From the IMG/VR virus record IMGVR_UViG_3300027763_000003, positions 1 through 61,031 of that record: a stretch of DNA of 61,031 nucleotides. One strand, given 5' to 3'. Shown in pieces: positions 19,305 to 30,200 of the stretch. This stretch comes from a virus. Lineage: Duplodnaviria; Caudoviricetes. The notes beneath the pieces are model-generated. The model had not been told where the DNA came from. It searched no databases and saw nothing but the letters and a program-made list of their open reading frames with translations. The translations under genes and the position numbers were made by a program. Position 1 is the stretch's first letter. Every line of letters starts with the position of its first letter.

Positions 19305-21440
19305 ATGCCAGGACGTCCAGATAATGGTGGAGGTGGCGGTTCCGTTGGGCCAAACACGCCCGGCGCTATTGCTTACACTGAATATGGTGGTCGTAGTGGA
19401 ACTGTTCCATATACAGCCTATCGTATGCCAACTGAGGCAGAGCAAGCGGCCCGCGATCTACGCTCTCAAATGCAAACACTTTCTCCAGAAATTCAAGCCA
19501 AGTTGGCTTCTGGAGAGTTGACCTCGCAATACACAACTGTAGCCAATGGTCTGGGTAGAAACGGTGATCACACTTCAAATAATGGGATTAGCGAGTTTAC
19601 ATCTCAAGGCCCAAATGACACCACTATTCATTATGACTTGAATGGAAAACAAACAGCTATAACGCAAAATGAACATGGTGGCGGCTGGTTAGATCATGCA
19701 ATGGGCGCTCTTGGTGGCGGCGTTCAGCATATTAGCGATGTAGTTTCCAGTGATCCTATTGCTCAGGCGGCAGTACTTGCAGTTTTGGCTGTTGCTACTG
19801 GCGGTGCTAGTGCATTGGTTGATATGGTTTCTGCCGTTCCTGAGTTAGCATCTGCTTTGCCCGAGATTGCAGCTACAGCTCCTGAAGTAGCAGCGGTAAT
19901 TCCAGAGGTGGCTTCAGCTGTTCCTGAAGTTGCATCTGCATTGGCATCTGCAGCCCCTGAAGTAACTGCCGCTATTACTGCTACGGCCCCAGAAATAGCA
20001 GCAGAGGCTGGTCTAGGTTCTCTTGGTGCTGCTGGGTCTAGTCTCAGTGGTGAAGCTTTACTTGGCTCAGAGTTGGCGGCATATCCAACGGCAGGGATAG
20101 TTGGCACAATCCCTGAAGCTGCTGGGTTGGGTTCTCTTGGAGTTACCGGTTTAGAATCTGCTATTGATTCTCTTCCAGCCTACGATCAATATATTCCAAC
20201 TGATGCTCCAGGTCTTCCATCTCTTCCAGCCTATGACCAATATATACCACCAAACACTCCAGGTCTTCCAGATATCCCCGCCTACGATCAATACATTCCG
20301 CCAGAGACGGTAAGTACTCCTCCGTCTATTCCTAATACGCAAGGTCTTCCATCTCTTTCCGATGTACCTACCTATGATCAGTACGTACCACCTGATGCTC
20401 CGGGTCTTCCGTCTCTTCCAGCTTATGACCAATATATACCACCTGATGCCCCGGGTCTTCCCGATGTACCTGCCTATGATCAGTACGTACCACCCGAAAC
20501 GGTAAAAACTCCTCCATCTATTAATGAAATGGTGGCTTCAGGTACGGGTCCAGGTTCTGCAGGAGCTCAAGGAGCAGCTAATGGAACATTGACTGGAGAT
20601 GCATTGAATGCTGCTTCTGGCGTGGGCACAGCCGCATCCACACTTACTGCCGCACAGGTTATCCAAGGTATTAAAGATGCTAAAGCTGCTGCAGATGCAT
20701 TGAAATTGCTAGGCATTGGAGCGGGTGGCGCAGCAGTGGTGAAGTCTTTGACTAGTGGCGGCGGAAACTCTGGTTACCAAGGAACTGTACCGAAGTACAC
20801 GGCCTCCAGGACACAAAAGTCTGCAAGTGAAACAAGGGCCGGGGTTGATGGTAAGCCTTACCGTCCTGGCCAAGGTGGGGTTACTTATTTCAGCCCTATG
20901 GTTTATACCCCAGCCGCAGCTAAAGGTGGATTGATGGGTCTTGCTGGTGGTGGCGAGATTGGAAATGAAGCGCCGCAATTTAATATTTCACTGAACACGG
21001 ATCAAGGTAGCAATTACCCTGTTCAAGGATATCCATCTCGTGAGGATGGGGTAGAGCAAAACGGTATCACTCAAAGCTCTTTACCTCAAACATCAGGGCT
21101 TCAAAGTTTGTATGGTCCATCCATGCAGAACTTTAACAATGGTGGAGCTGTCCCAGGTCAATATGGCCTTGGCTCCTACTCAGATGGTGGGCGCTTGTTG
21201 AAGGGGCCAGGTGATGGTGTCTCCGATTCCATTCCTGCCATAATTGGGGAAAAACAACCAGCCCGTCTTGCCACGGGTGAGTTTGTTATACCGGCTCGGA
21301 TTGTGTCTGAACTTGGAAATGGCTCTACAGAAGCTGGCGCTCAACGTCTGTATGAAATGATGGACCGCATCCAGAAGACGCGCCGCAAAACCAAAAATGT
21401 TGCTGCCAATACAAACGCAGCTAAGTACTTACCTGCTTAA
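19305..21440 (+). CDS. Putative ejection/internal virion protein with tandem repeats and a C-terminal GPGDGVSDSIPA...GEFV domain
   Basis: Position after the nozzle; PEV/IA repeats, PAYDQY repeats, four GG motifs. Confidence 0.65.
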   Translation: MPGRPDNGGGGGSVGPNTPGAIAYTEYGGRSGTVPYTAYRMPTEAEQAARDLRSQMQTLSPEIQAKLASGELTSQYTTVANGLGRNGDHTSNNGISEFTSQGPNDTTIHYDLNGKQTAITQNEHGGGWLDHAMGALGGGVQHISDVVSSDPIAQAAVLAVLAVATGGASALVDMVSAVPELASALPEIAATAPEVAAVIPEVASAVPEVASALASAAPEVTAAITATAPEIAAEAGLGSLGAAGSSLSGEALLGSELAAYPTAGIVGTIPEAAGLGSLGVTGLESAIDSLPAYDQYIPTDAPGLPSLPAYDQYIPPNTPGLPDIPAYDQYIPPETVSTPPSIPNTQGLPSLSDVPTYDQYVPPDAPGLPSLPAYDQYIPPDAPGLPDVPAYDQYVPPETVKTPPSINEMVASGTGPGSAGAQGAANGTLTGDALNAASGVGTAASTLTAAQVIQGIKDAKAAADALKLLGIGAGGAAVVKSLTSGGGNSGYQGTVPKYTASRTQKSASETRAGVDGKPYRPGQGGVTYFSPMVYTPAAAKGGLMGLAGGGEIGNEAPQFNISLNTDQGSNYPVQGYPSREDGVEQNGITQSSLPQTSGLQSLYGPSMQNFNNGGAVPGQYGLGSYSDGGRLLKGPGDGVSDSIPAIIGEKQPARLATGEFVIPARIVSELGNGSTEAGAQRLYEMMDRIQKTRRKTKNVAANTNAAKYLPA
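20170..20500 (+). repeat. Pro-rich tandem repeat (LP-x-LPAYDQYIP-x-DAPG), six YDQY units arranged as two blocks of three
   Basis: Repeated ccagcctacgatcaatat / ggtcttccatctctt DNA segments. Confidence 0.85.
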
Positions 21441-21449
21441 GGAATCATC

Positions 21450-22574
21450 ATGGCTACTTCAGCGTCTACACTAGACAACAACCTTTCCACCGGTGGTACA
21501 AACTCCCAGGGTCTTGCTAACTGGGCTGGAGACTACACTACTGATATGCTTGGTAAAGCCAGGGCGTTGTCCGAAGAGGATTACAAGACGTATCATGGTC
21601 CATTGACCGCTGGTGCATCCGATTTACAAACCCAAGCTCTTACAGGATTGGCTGGGCTTACAGTCCCAACTGGAGCTGCAGATGCAGCCAAAACTGCTGG
21701 TAATGTTGCAACAAGTTTGCAGGGCATGAAGTATGACCCAACTACATTTACCAGCCAATATGCTGCTCCTGTAAGTTCCGCGTTTGATGCAACTCAAGCC
21801 CAGGCTTACATGAATCCATATCTGCAGGTGTCACTTGACGCTCAATTGAAAGAGCTTCAAAGACAGGCGCAGATCAACAACATGATGGCCGGGTCAAAGA
21901 TGGCGCAGGCCGGTGCTTATGGCGGTGGACGTCAAGCTATTTTGCAGGGAGAAGAAAACCGGAACCTGCTTGACAAATCTCAAAGCTTAATTAACACCGG
22001 ATATAACACCGCTTACGATAAAGCTATGGCCCAGTTTAATGCTGAGCAAAACCGCAAAGTGCAAGAAGCACAGAACCAAGCTCAATATGGATTGAGCGCA
22101 CAGCAAGAAACCGAGAGGTCAAAGCAGTATGGATCTAAATATGATATTGACGCTCAAAATGCAGCCCTTGCCGCCGCTCAAGCGCAAGGTAATTTATCAA
22201 GTACGCAAAATCAACTTACATTAAATAATCTTAATGCACAGCTTGCTGGTGGTGCAATAGATCGCGGTATTACTGCAGAAGGTATTGCTGCAGATAAGGC
22301 TGAATTTGAAAAGCAGCGCGAATATCCAAAAGAACAGTTGAGATTTGAAAAAGAAATGTTGAATGGATTACCAATTTCTGCTGTTACAAATACTCCTGGC
22401 TCAATGACAGATCTAGGGAACTTGTTATCCGGCGTTGGTGGTCTTGGGCAAATCGCAACTGCTGCAGGATACAAAAACACGGATGAGCTCTTGACTGATC
22501 TGTACGGTGGAGTTGGAAAAGCCAAGGATGCAGTGGTCAATTCTGATTGGTACAAGTCCATTTTTGGACCCTAA
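21450..22574 (+). CDS. Putative DNA ejection (pilot) protein
   Basis: Ala/Gln-rich helical protein with YMNPY and AGAYGGGRQ motifs typical of podoviral DNA-transfer proteins. Confidence 0.6.
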   Translation: MATSASTLDNNLSTGGTNSQGLANWAGDYTTDMLGKARALSEEDYKTYHGPLTAGASDLQTQALTGLAGLTVPTGAADAAKTAGNVATSLQGMKYDPTTFTSQYAAPVSSAFDATQAQAYMNPYLQVSLDAQLKELQRQAQINNMMAGSKMAQAGAYGGGRQAILQGEENRNLLDKSQSLINTGYNTAYDKAMAQFNAEQNRKVQEAQNQAQYGLSAQQETERSKQYGSKYDIDAQNAALAAAQAQGNLSSTQNQLTLNNLNAQLAGGAIDRGITAEGIAADKAEFEKQREYPKEQLRFEKEMLNGLPISAVTNTPGSMTDLGNLLSGVGGLGQIATAAGYKNTDELLTDLYGGVGKAKDAVVNSDWYKSIFGP

Positions 22575-22599
22575 TAACTTACTGAATTAAGAGAACAAA

Positions 22600-24207
22600 A
22601 TGAATCTTATTCAAATTCAAGAGAACCTGAAGGATCTTCCTACTCAGGCAATCATGTCTTACGCTAATGGGCAGAACCCACAAGTTCCACCGTACATGGC
22701 GCTGAGCGAGTTGAACCGTCGTAAGTCTATGGAGCAGCGGGCAGCTCAACAGCCGACGGCATCTGTCAAAGATCAGCTCGAGGCTGCAGTCACGCATCAG
22801 CCACCTCCTGGGCAACCTATGCCTCCAGGGCAACCCATGCCTCAAGGCCCACAAGGCATTGCACAACTGCCATCACAAGCTCCACAAGAGCAACCTCAAG
22901 GGCAACCACAAGGCGCTCCACAAGGGCAACCCCCTGGTCCTCCTCAAGGTATGGCTCATGGCGGCTTGGCTGGTTTACATGTTAATGATGAGATGTTTCA
23001 TTACGCACCTGGCGGCATTGTTGCTTTTGCTGAAGGTGATCTTGTTGAAGGAAGTGATACTGGGCAGGTGATAACAGACGCATCCAGAGATTCCGCCCCG
23101 GATGAAACTTTGCGTGACTCTGGTCCACACCGCATCACAAAACCACAAGTAGTCCCAACAGGACTTGGATCTCTTGAGCCACAGATTGCAGCGATTTTGG
23201 CAAAAGGGATGAGCGGTGAATTAGCTAGTGCAGAGCCCCGTAATCCAGAGGTTATCAGGCAGGAGATCATGGACAAGTATCCGGAGCTTGCTGCGCTTGT
23301 CAACAAACTTCCCGGCTCTGAATTAAAAGATCTGTCCAAGCAATTGAAAGATCAAAACCAAGCCAACAAGGATAAGTTCCAAGAGAGCCAAGGCCGCATG
23401 GGTCTGGCTGGACTATCCCAGGCTTTGATTGCTGCCGGTGAAGCTACTCGAGGCCATAAGGGTATGGCTATGGGTGAAGCTCTTGGTGGCTTTGGTAAGT
23501 CTTACGCCAACTTTACAGCTGAAGATGTCAAGCGCCAGCAGGCCCAACAAGCAATGGAGCGCCAACAACTCATTGAAGTTGCCAAGCTTGACTCTGAAAT
23601 TGGAACCCTGCAGCAGGCATATGCCAAAGCCATGATTGATGGCCGGACTGCAGATGCGGCTAACTTTGAAAAGCAATTGGCTGATCGTCAAGATAAGAAG
23701 CAAGCGTTGCAGATTGGCACCGCTGAAAAATCAGGCACACTCGGCATCCAGCGGGGAACTTTGGATGCAACCATTGCTCACAATAAGGCTATTGAGGCTC
23801 AGCAGGCGGCTCAGCTTGCGGCTCAAAAGATTAACTGGCAGGCTCAGAATGATTGGCATCAAGAGCAGATCAAGGCGCTCAAAGAGTCCAAGCCACCTGC
23901 CGAACAAAAACTCATTGGTATGGCCGAAAGAGAGTTGGAGCGGGATCCGCAATACAAGGATATTGTTAAAAAGATGGAGCAGTTCACTTCCCCCGCGCAA
24001 CTGCAGTCACCTGATTTCTTGTATCTGCAGAAATCGGCAAATGCCATGCGCGAATCTGCCTATGCCCGCCACAATCTACCGGCTCCTCCAGAGTTTACAA
24101 TGCCTTCCACTGAGGGCTTTGTGAAGCCAAAAGAGCAGGGGTTTATTTCTAAATTTTGGAATGGTGACCAGTCTACTGCAACGCCAAAGGTAATTAAACT
24201 TGATTAA
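22600..24207 (+). CDS. Putative ejection/internal core protein
   Basis: Q/P-rich linker, MAHGG / YAPGG / FAEGD motifs, long coiled coil. Confidence 0.6.
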   Translation: MNLIQIQENLKDLPTQAIMSYANGQNPQVPPYMALSELNRRKSMEQRAAQQPTASVKDQLEAAVTHQPPPGQPMPPGQPMPQGPQGIAQLPSQAPQEQPQGQPQGAPQGQPPGPPQGMAHGGLAGLHVNDEMFHYAPGGIVAFAEGDLVEGSDTGQVITDASRDSAPDETLRDSGPHRITKPQVVPTGLGSLEPQIAAILAKGMSGELASAEPRNPEVIRQEIMDKYPELAALVNKLPGSELKDLSKQLKDQNQANKDKFQESQGRMGLAGLSQALIAAGEATRGHKGMAMGEALGGFGKSYANFTAEDVKRQQAQQAMERQQLIEVAKLDSEIGTLQQAYAKAMIDGRTADAANFEKQLADRQDKKQALQIGTAEKSGTLGIQRGTLDATIAHNKAIEAQQAAQLAAQKINWQAQNDWHQEQIKALKESKPPAEQKLIGMAERELERDPQYKDIVKKMEQFTSPAQLQSPDFLYLQKSANAMRESAYARHNLPAPPEFTMPSTEGFVKPKEQGFISKFWNGDQSTATPKVIKLD

Positions 24208-24215
24208 GGCTTCTT

Positions 24216-27200
24216 ATGCCCATTTATGAGTACAAAGGTCAGCAATACGATATTTCTACCGATGACCAGGCAGAGGCAAAAGCTAAGATCCTGAACTACT
24301 TGGGCACACAGGCAGCACCGGCAGCTCCGGAGGCGGGGCTTGCCAGCATTGCTCCACCCAAGATTCAAACAAATGCCGAGGGGCAGATCACCGGGATGAC
24401 TCGTGATCAATATCTGGCTTCCTTGCAAAAGCGTAACGAAGAAACCCCCAGTCGCTCAGCTGGAGAAGCGGCACTGGATGCTGGTATTACTTTACTTAAG
24501 GGTGCGATTGGTTTGCCGGAGGCATATGTCGGCTTGGTCGATATCCCTACGATGGGTTATGCTGGAAAACTTTTGAAGCAGGCTGGCTACAACCCGAAAG
24601 AAGCCAAAGAAATTTTAAATTCCTATCTGTCAGAAGCGCAGCAAAGTGCCGCTCGCAAGGTGGGTGAGGCTGAAGGATTCTTACCAACCCTGAAAGCTGC
24701 AGTTCAAAACCCAAGCGTCATTGCCTCGTCAATTGGAGAGTCACTCCCTCAAATGCTTGGTGGCGCAGCGGTAGGCAAAGGTTTACTGCAAGCTGCTCCC
24801 AAAGTAGCTCCGTGGTTAGCTGGCGCTGCTGGTGAAGGCATCATGGGCGCTGGTAGTGCTGCAGAGCAACTGCGTCAAGAATCCAAAGATGAACTGCTTA
24901 CCGGCAAGCAGGCGGCATCCGCAATTGGTTCTGGCGTATTCACTGCTGGCTTTGGCGCTGCCGCCGGACGGCTGGCGCATAGCCTGGGGTTGGAAGATAT
25001 CAATACCCTGCTGGTTAACGGACCACAAAAATCTGGCTTCAAGTCTGTCCAGGATTTTGCTAAGCGGGCAATTGGTGCTGGAATTTCAGAGGGCTTGTTT
25101 GAAGAATTGCCGCAATCTGCACAAGAGCAGATGTGGATGAACTACGCGCAAGATAAGCCATTGATGCAGGGAGTCGCCAATCAAGCGGCAATGGGCGCAT
25201 TGGCTGGGGCTGCAATGGGTGTTGGTGCAACCGCCCTGGCTGGACGCCAAAAAACCCCGCAGCAAGAACGAGCACAAGTTTTCTCCGATATGCTCAATGC
25301 AGCAGTCCAGGGAAAAGAATTTGATCCTGATGCTATTCCTGCCATTGTTGCAAACCGGATGAGCGCAGACAAAGGTTTTGAGGCTGGGACCAACATTCGC
25401 GTTAATCCCGCTACTGGACGGGCTGAGTCCAAAGTTGAGCCAGCCGCCCCACCGGAAGCTCCGGCAGGCATTGCCACCCCGGCCCCTCAAGCTGCCCAGC
25501 CATCCACCCCAGTTGCAGCGCCATCTGAGTCTCAAGACTCTGCGGCCATGATGCGCGAGCTGTTTGAGGAGCAACCAACTATAACAAATGTTACAGTTGA
25601 TCAGCCACCAACCAAGGTGGAGGAGCCTAAAATTGTTAACTCCTACGATATGGGGGAAGGCACCGAGCTGCGTGTTATTCAATCGCCAACGGGGTATGCG
25701 GTCAATCTATTTGATGCCGATGCCGGCCAATATGTACCCGGTGCCAACCGCATATTTCCAACTGAAAAATTTGGGGATCAGGCATTAAACAAAGCTATTG
25801 ATTTTGCAAAATCCGAACAGGAAAAAATTACTCCACAACAAGGAAAACCAAGTGTCCCTGAAGCCACTCAAACCCAGCAAGCAAAACCGCAAGAACAACA
25901 AGCGCCCAGTGCCGTCGACCTAATAGAGGGTAATGATAAATACGATACACCAGAGTTGCGCCTGCAGCAGAGTGCTGCCCTTGGTGATAATCTGACCAGC
26001 CTGATCCATGATGAAATGGAGTCTTATGGTCGCGCGGCCATTAAGAAGAAATCGCTAACAGACAACTACGGCAAGAAAAAAGATGCATGGGTTGATGCAT
26101 CTGATGCGGCCACCATTGCATTTGGTGCCAATGACTTTAGCGTCTTCCAGCCATACGCAACCCTCTTCCCCAAGACTGCAGCCAAGTTGCAGGCTCATTT
26201 AAAAACTACTTCGGCGCAAGAACAACAAGCTGTTCCGGCAACCCCGGCCAATCAAGAAACAACCCCGGCCAAAGCAGCGCCCAAGGGCTCTGCGTTTCGT
26301 CGTGCTTCTTATGACAAAAACCCATTCCTGACATTCCTGGCAACTCACGGCCTGTACCATGTGAAGGATAAACCTGGAAGCCTGAAGAGGGAGTTTTCCC
26401 CTGACAAGCAAATCATGGTCAGCGGCTACGGTCCAGTGTTTAAAACCTCCGGACGGCAGATGGATGAGCTGCTGCCTTTGGCTATACAAGATGGCTACTT
26501 GCCGCAAGATGCCACTGAGTCGGACCTGGAGCGTTTAATTCAAACAGCAGTTTCCGGCAAAAAAGTGGAGCCTCAATATTCGGAGCAGGGCGCACTCAAT
26601 GTTGCAGCGCAATATGAGGAGCGCATGAATCAAGAGCGCGACGCTTACGAAGAGCGCACCAACCAAACCGATGAAGAATGGTTTGGCACGAGTGAGGCTG
26701 AGTACATGGACCAAACGGCGCGTGAACTCGCTGCCGCTCCAGACGCAGACTTTAAAGCCGTCACCGATGAAGACATTGACTTCATGGATACACCCGCCAG
26801 CAATATATCCATGCGAGCCGCAATGGAAATGCTTGGCTTTACAGAAGAGGAGATTCAAGATGAAGAGCGCAAAGCTGCTGCAAAAACTGGCAAAACTGTC
26901 GCCGGACAAGCGGGTGAAGGTAATCAATCAGGCCAAGCAACTGAAGCTGCTGGCTCAAAAGCGGCAACAAGCGAAGAGCTAGAGCTTGCCACTCAAACCT
27001 CAGAAGAACTCAAAGCAAAACAGGCGGAAATCGAGCGTCTTACAAAAGAGAATGAGCGCCTGTCCAGGCAGGCTGAGGCCAAGGCTAAGGCCGACGAAGA
27101 GGTTGGTGAATTCACGCTAACCGGCAGTAATCGTCCGGCAGATGTGGCGGCAGCTCGCGGACAGAAGGATATCTTTGACCAGGCGGAAGAGACCGCTCCT

Positions 27201-30200
27201 GAAGAAGCCCCCTCTGAAGCGCCAAAGACCACTGCAGTCCAGCCGGTAAAAACCCCAGAGGGCGGCGCAATGCGCTACCCACTGGCCTCCATTCTATTCA
27301 ATGACGGCTATAAGGTCCTAGCTCTGGATAACCCGCGCACCTACGTTGACAAGGGTGGTGAGTCTCACCGTACCTTTGAAAAGGATGGTGTGCGCATTTC
27401 TATGACGCCGCAGCTGGTGCTGTTTCAGGACCGTAATGCTGTCATTACAGGTCAAGGTGAATCCACCGACCTAACCGTCAATGCGCTGTTGGTTGATCCC
27501 AACATGCGGGGCAAGGGTGCAGCCAGCCAGGCGCTGGGCAATCTCACTCAAGCCGCTGATCAATATGGAGTCACCCTCTACATTGAGCCAACTCCCATTG
27601 TGAACCTGCGTGACAAGAACGTGGGCTTGGACCGCCAACAGCTTGAGGATCTGTACCGCAAGTTCGGCTTTGACTTCCAAGACAACTCTACCAAAGTTAT
27701 GGTTCGCGAGCCTGAAGTGCAAAAGGCTGGCAATGAAGAGGTGCTTGGGCCGGTTGAAAAACCAGCAGCCCCAAGGCTGAAAAATGAGCCATATACCATT
27801 GAGGCCAACTTCACCGAGGTTGGCGAAGAGAAGCAGCACCTGTTGCTGTCTGACCAATCCTCCAAGCTCACTGAGTCCCAGAATCAAACCCTGGAGAAGC
27901 AGTACGGCGCTAAGCGTGACTCCACCGAGTTCCTGGACAGCCTACGCAAAGACGTTATCGCCTTCATCACGCAGGGCGCAAAGTCGGTCCACGGCAAGAT
28001 CCGCGCAATCATCAAGCAGGTTGCTGCTGGTGTGTTGTCTGTTGCCATTGTGTTCAACCCACAATTTGTCAGCAAGCCATACACCATTGCTGTTCCTCAG
28101 TATGATGTGAAGACCAGCGAGGTTATCAAGGACCTGCCCAAGGAGGCGCAGACAATGTCCGATGCAGCCAAGCGAGCATACGGCGTTATCTACCCAGCCC
28201 TGGAAGCCCAGCTCAAAGCCAACGACAAGCTGTTCATTGTGGCTGACAAGCAAAGCGGCAATACCTACCTGTTCAATCCAGACGGCTCTTTACTTTTGCA
28301 AAGTAAGACATTGTTTGGTAAGGCTATCGGTGACTACATGCATGGTGACAACGAGATCGTTGCCAACCGCATCACCCCAGCCGGTGTGTTTGACCTTGGC
28401 CTGCGTGATGCAAAGCGAAGTGAGGGCGAGGCTTACACTGCCGGTGACTACGATTTTGGAAAAGTGTTTGTGCTGGACAAGTCGCACATGGGAAGCCACG
28501 GCCCGTACTCCAATACGATCATGCACTCCGTCTGGACGCATGAGACAGATGCCAAGCAGCGCCTGGCTGCACTTGAGAAGCCCGGGGCAGAAGACTCCCG
28601 CTACTCATTTGGCTGCATCAACGTCAACAAGCCTACCTTTGAATACCTGATCACCAACCACCTGAAACAGATGGATGGCGCAAAGATCTTCATCGTGCCA
28701 GAGAACGGCACCAACGTGATGGACTTCATCAACGGCAAGGCAATGAGTAGTGATGACATCATCCGCCAGCGCGTTGAGCCGGTGATAAAACAAACTATCA
28801 CAGAGAAGAAGGCTCCAGCTCCGAAGAAGGAAGTGGAGCGTGAGATGGTTGGCCGCACCGAAGAAGAGAAGGTCGGGGTTAAGACGGAAAATGTACCGGA
28901 GAAGAAACCTCGCAAGCCTGGTAGCCAGACATTCAACAGCATTACGCCGGAGTCCAGCAACTTCAAGCGATTTTTTGGTGATAGCAAGGTGGTCGATGCT
29001 GACGGCAATCCGCTGGTGGTTTACCACGCAACTGATAATAAAAAAGATTTTTCTGAATTTGATACAGAAGATTTTGGATCATGGTTTGCTGAAAATATAT
29101 ATACATCAAATGGTTATGCAAATAAATCAGGTGAAGGTAACCCTCGAACAATCCCTGTTTATCTCCGGATAGAAAATCCATTACTTGTTCCTGATGATAT
29201 TGATCTTTCAAATGATCATACATTTGAAGAAATCATAAACCGCATAAATGATGAAAATGGAACAACATTTGATGTTGCTGATTTTGGTGATCCAGAATAT
29301 GAAGGTAATGCATATGAGCTTATAGCCCACGATGAACGCTTCATTAAACAAGTGAAGGAAGCCGGCTTTGATGGTATCCATGCACTAGAGGGTGGTGATT
29401 GGACATGGAATGCGTTTAACTCCAACCAAATCAAGTCCGCCATTGGCAACAGCGGTGAGTACGGTCCGTCCGGAAATATCGCCAACAGCATTGGCCGTAC
29501 CCGTGATATTGAAGAGGAGGTCCAACGCTCGCCATCCTTCAAGCGCGACATGAAGACACTGAACCGGATGCGCTCTGATGGCCGCATTACGGATGAAGAT
29601 TTTGTCCAACGTGCAGATCAATTGATCAAAGAGGACGAAGATCGGCGCATGAAAGAGGAGCCTACCGCTCGTCAACGTGGCTACTTGATCATCCAGGAGA
29701 AGATGTCCGCAGCGGTGCGTCGGGGCGAGATATCGCGTGATGCATATGACCTCGCCAACTGGTTCATGTCGCAGAATGAAGACTTGGTCAGCGACCTGGG
29801 CTTGAGCATCAAAGGTAAAGGGCAGGCTGGACAAGGTGGAACTTATCGATCCCTGGCGCGTATAGCTACCTTGATTAAGGGTGCCGGAACTGATCTTACG
29901 GCTACGCATGAGATATTGCACCACCTTGAGCGCATGATGCCTACAAAGGTCCAACAGGCCATCCGTAAAGCTTGGGCATCGCAGCTACTGCAGGCGCAAA
30001 AAAAAGCCAAGACTCCAGCCGAGAAGCTGTATTTTGCTGCTCTGATGGAAACTCATTATGGTGAAAATTTCATCGATAATTTTGAAATTCCAAAGGGAGC
30101 CGGGCCGGTTTACGAGAACATAAAAAAAATCTACCGTATGGAGGGCAAGAGCCTCACCAGTGAAAAGCTTGCGCAAGAATTGCTGATGAATAGTAATTTG

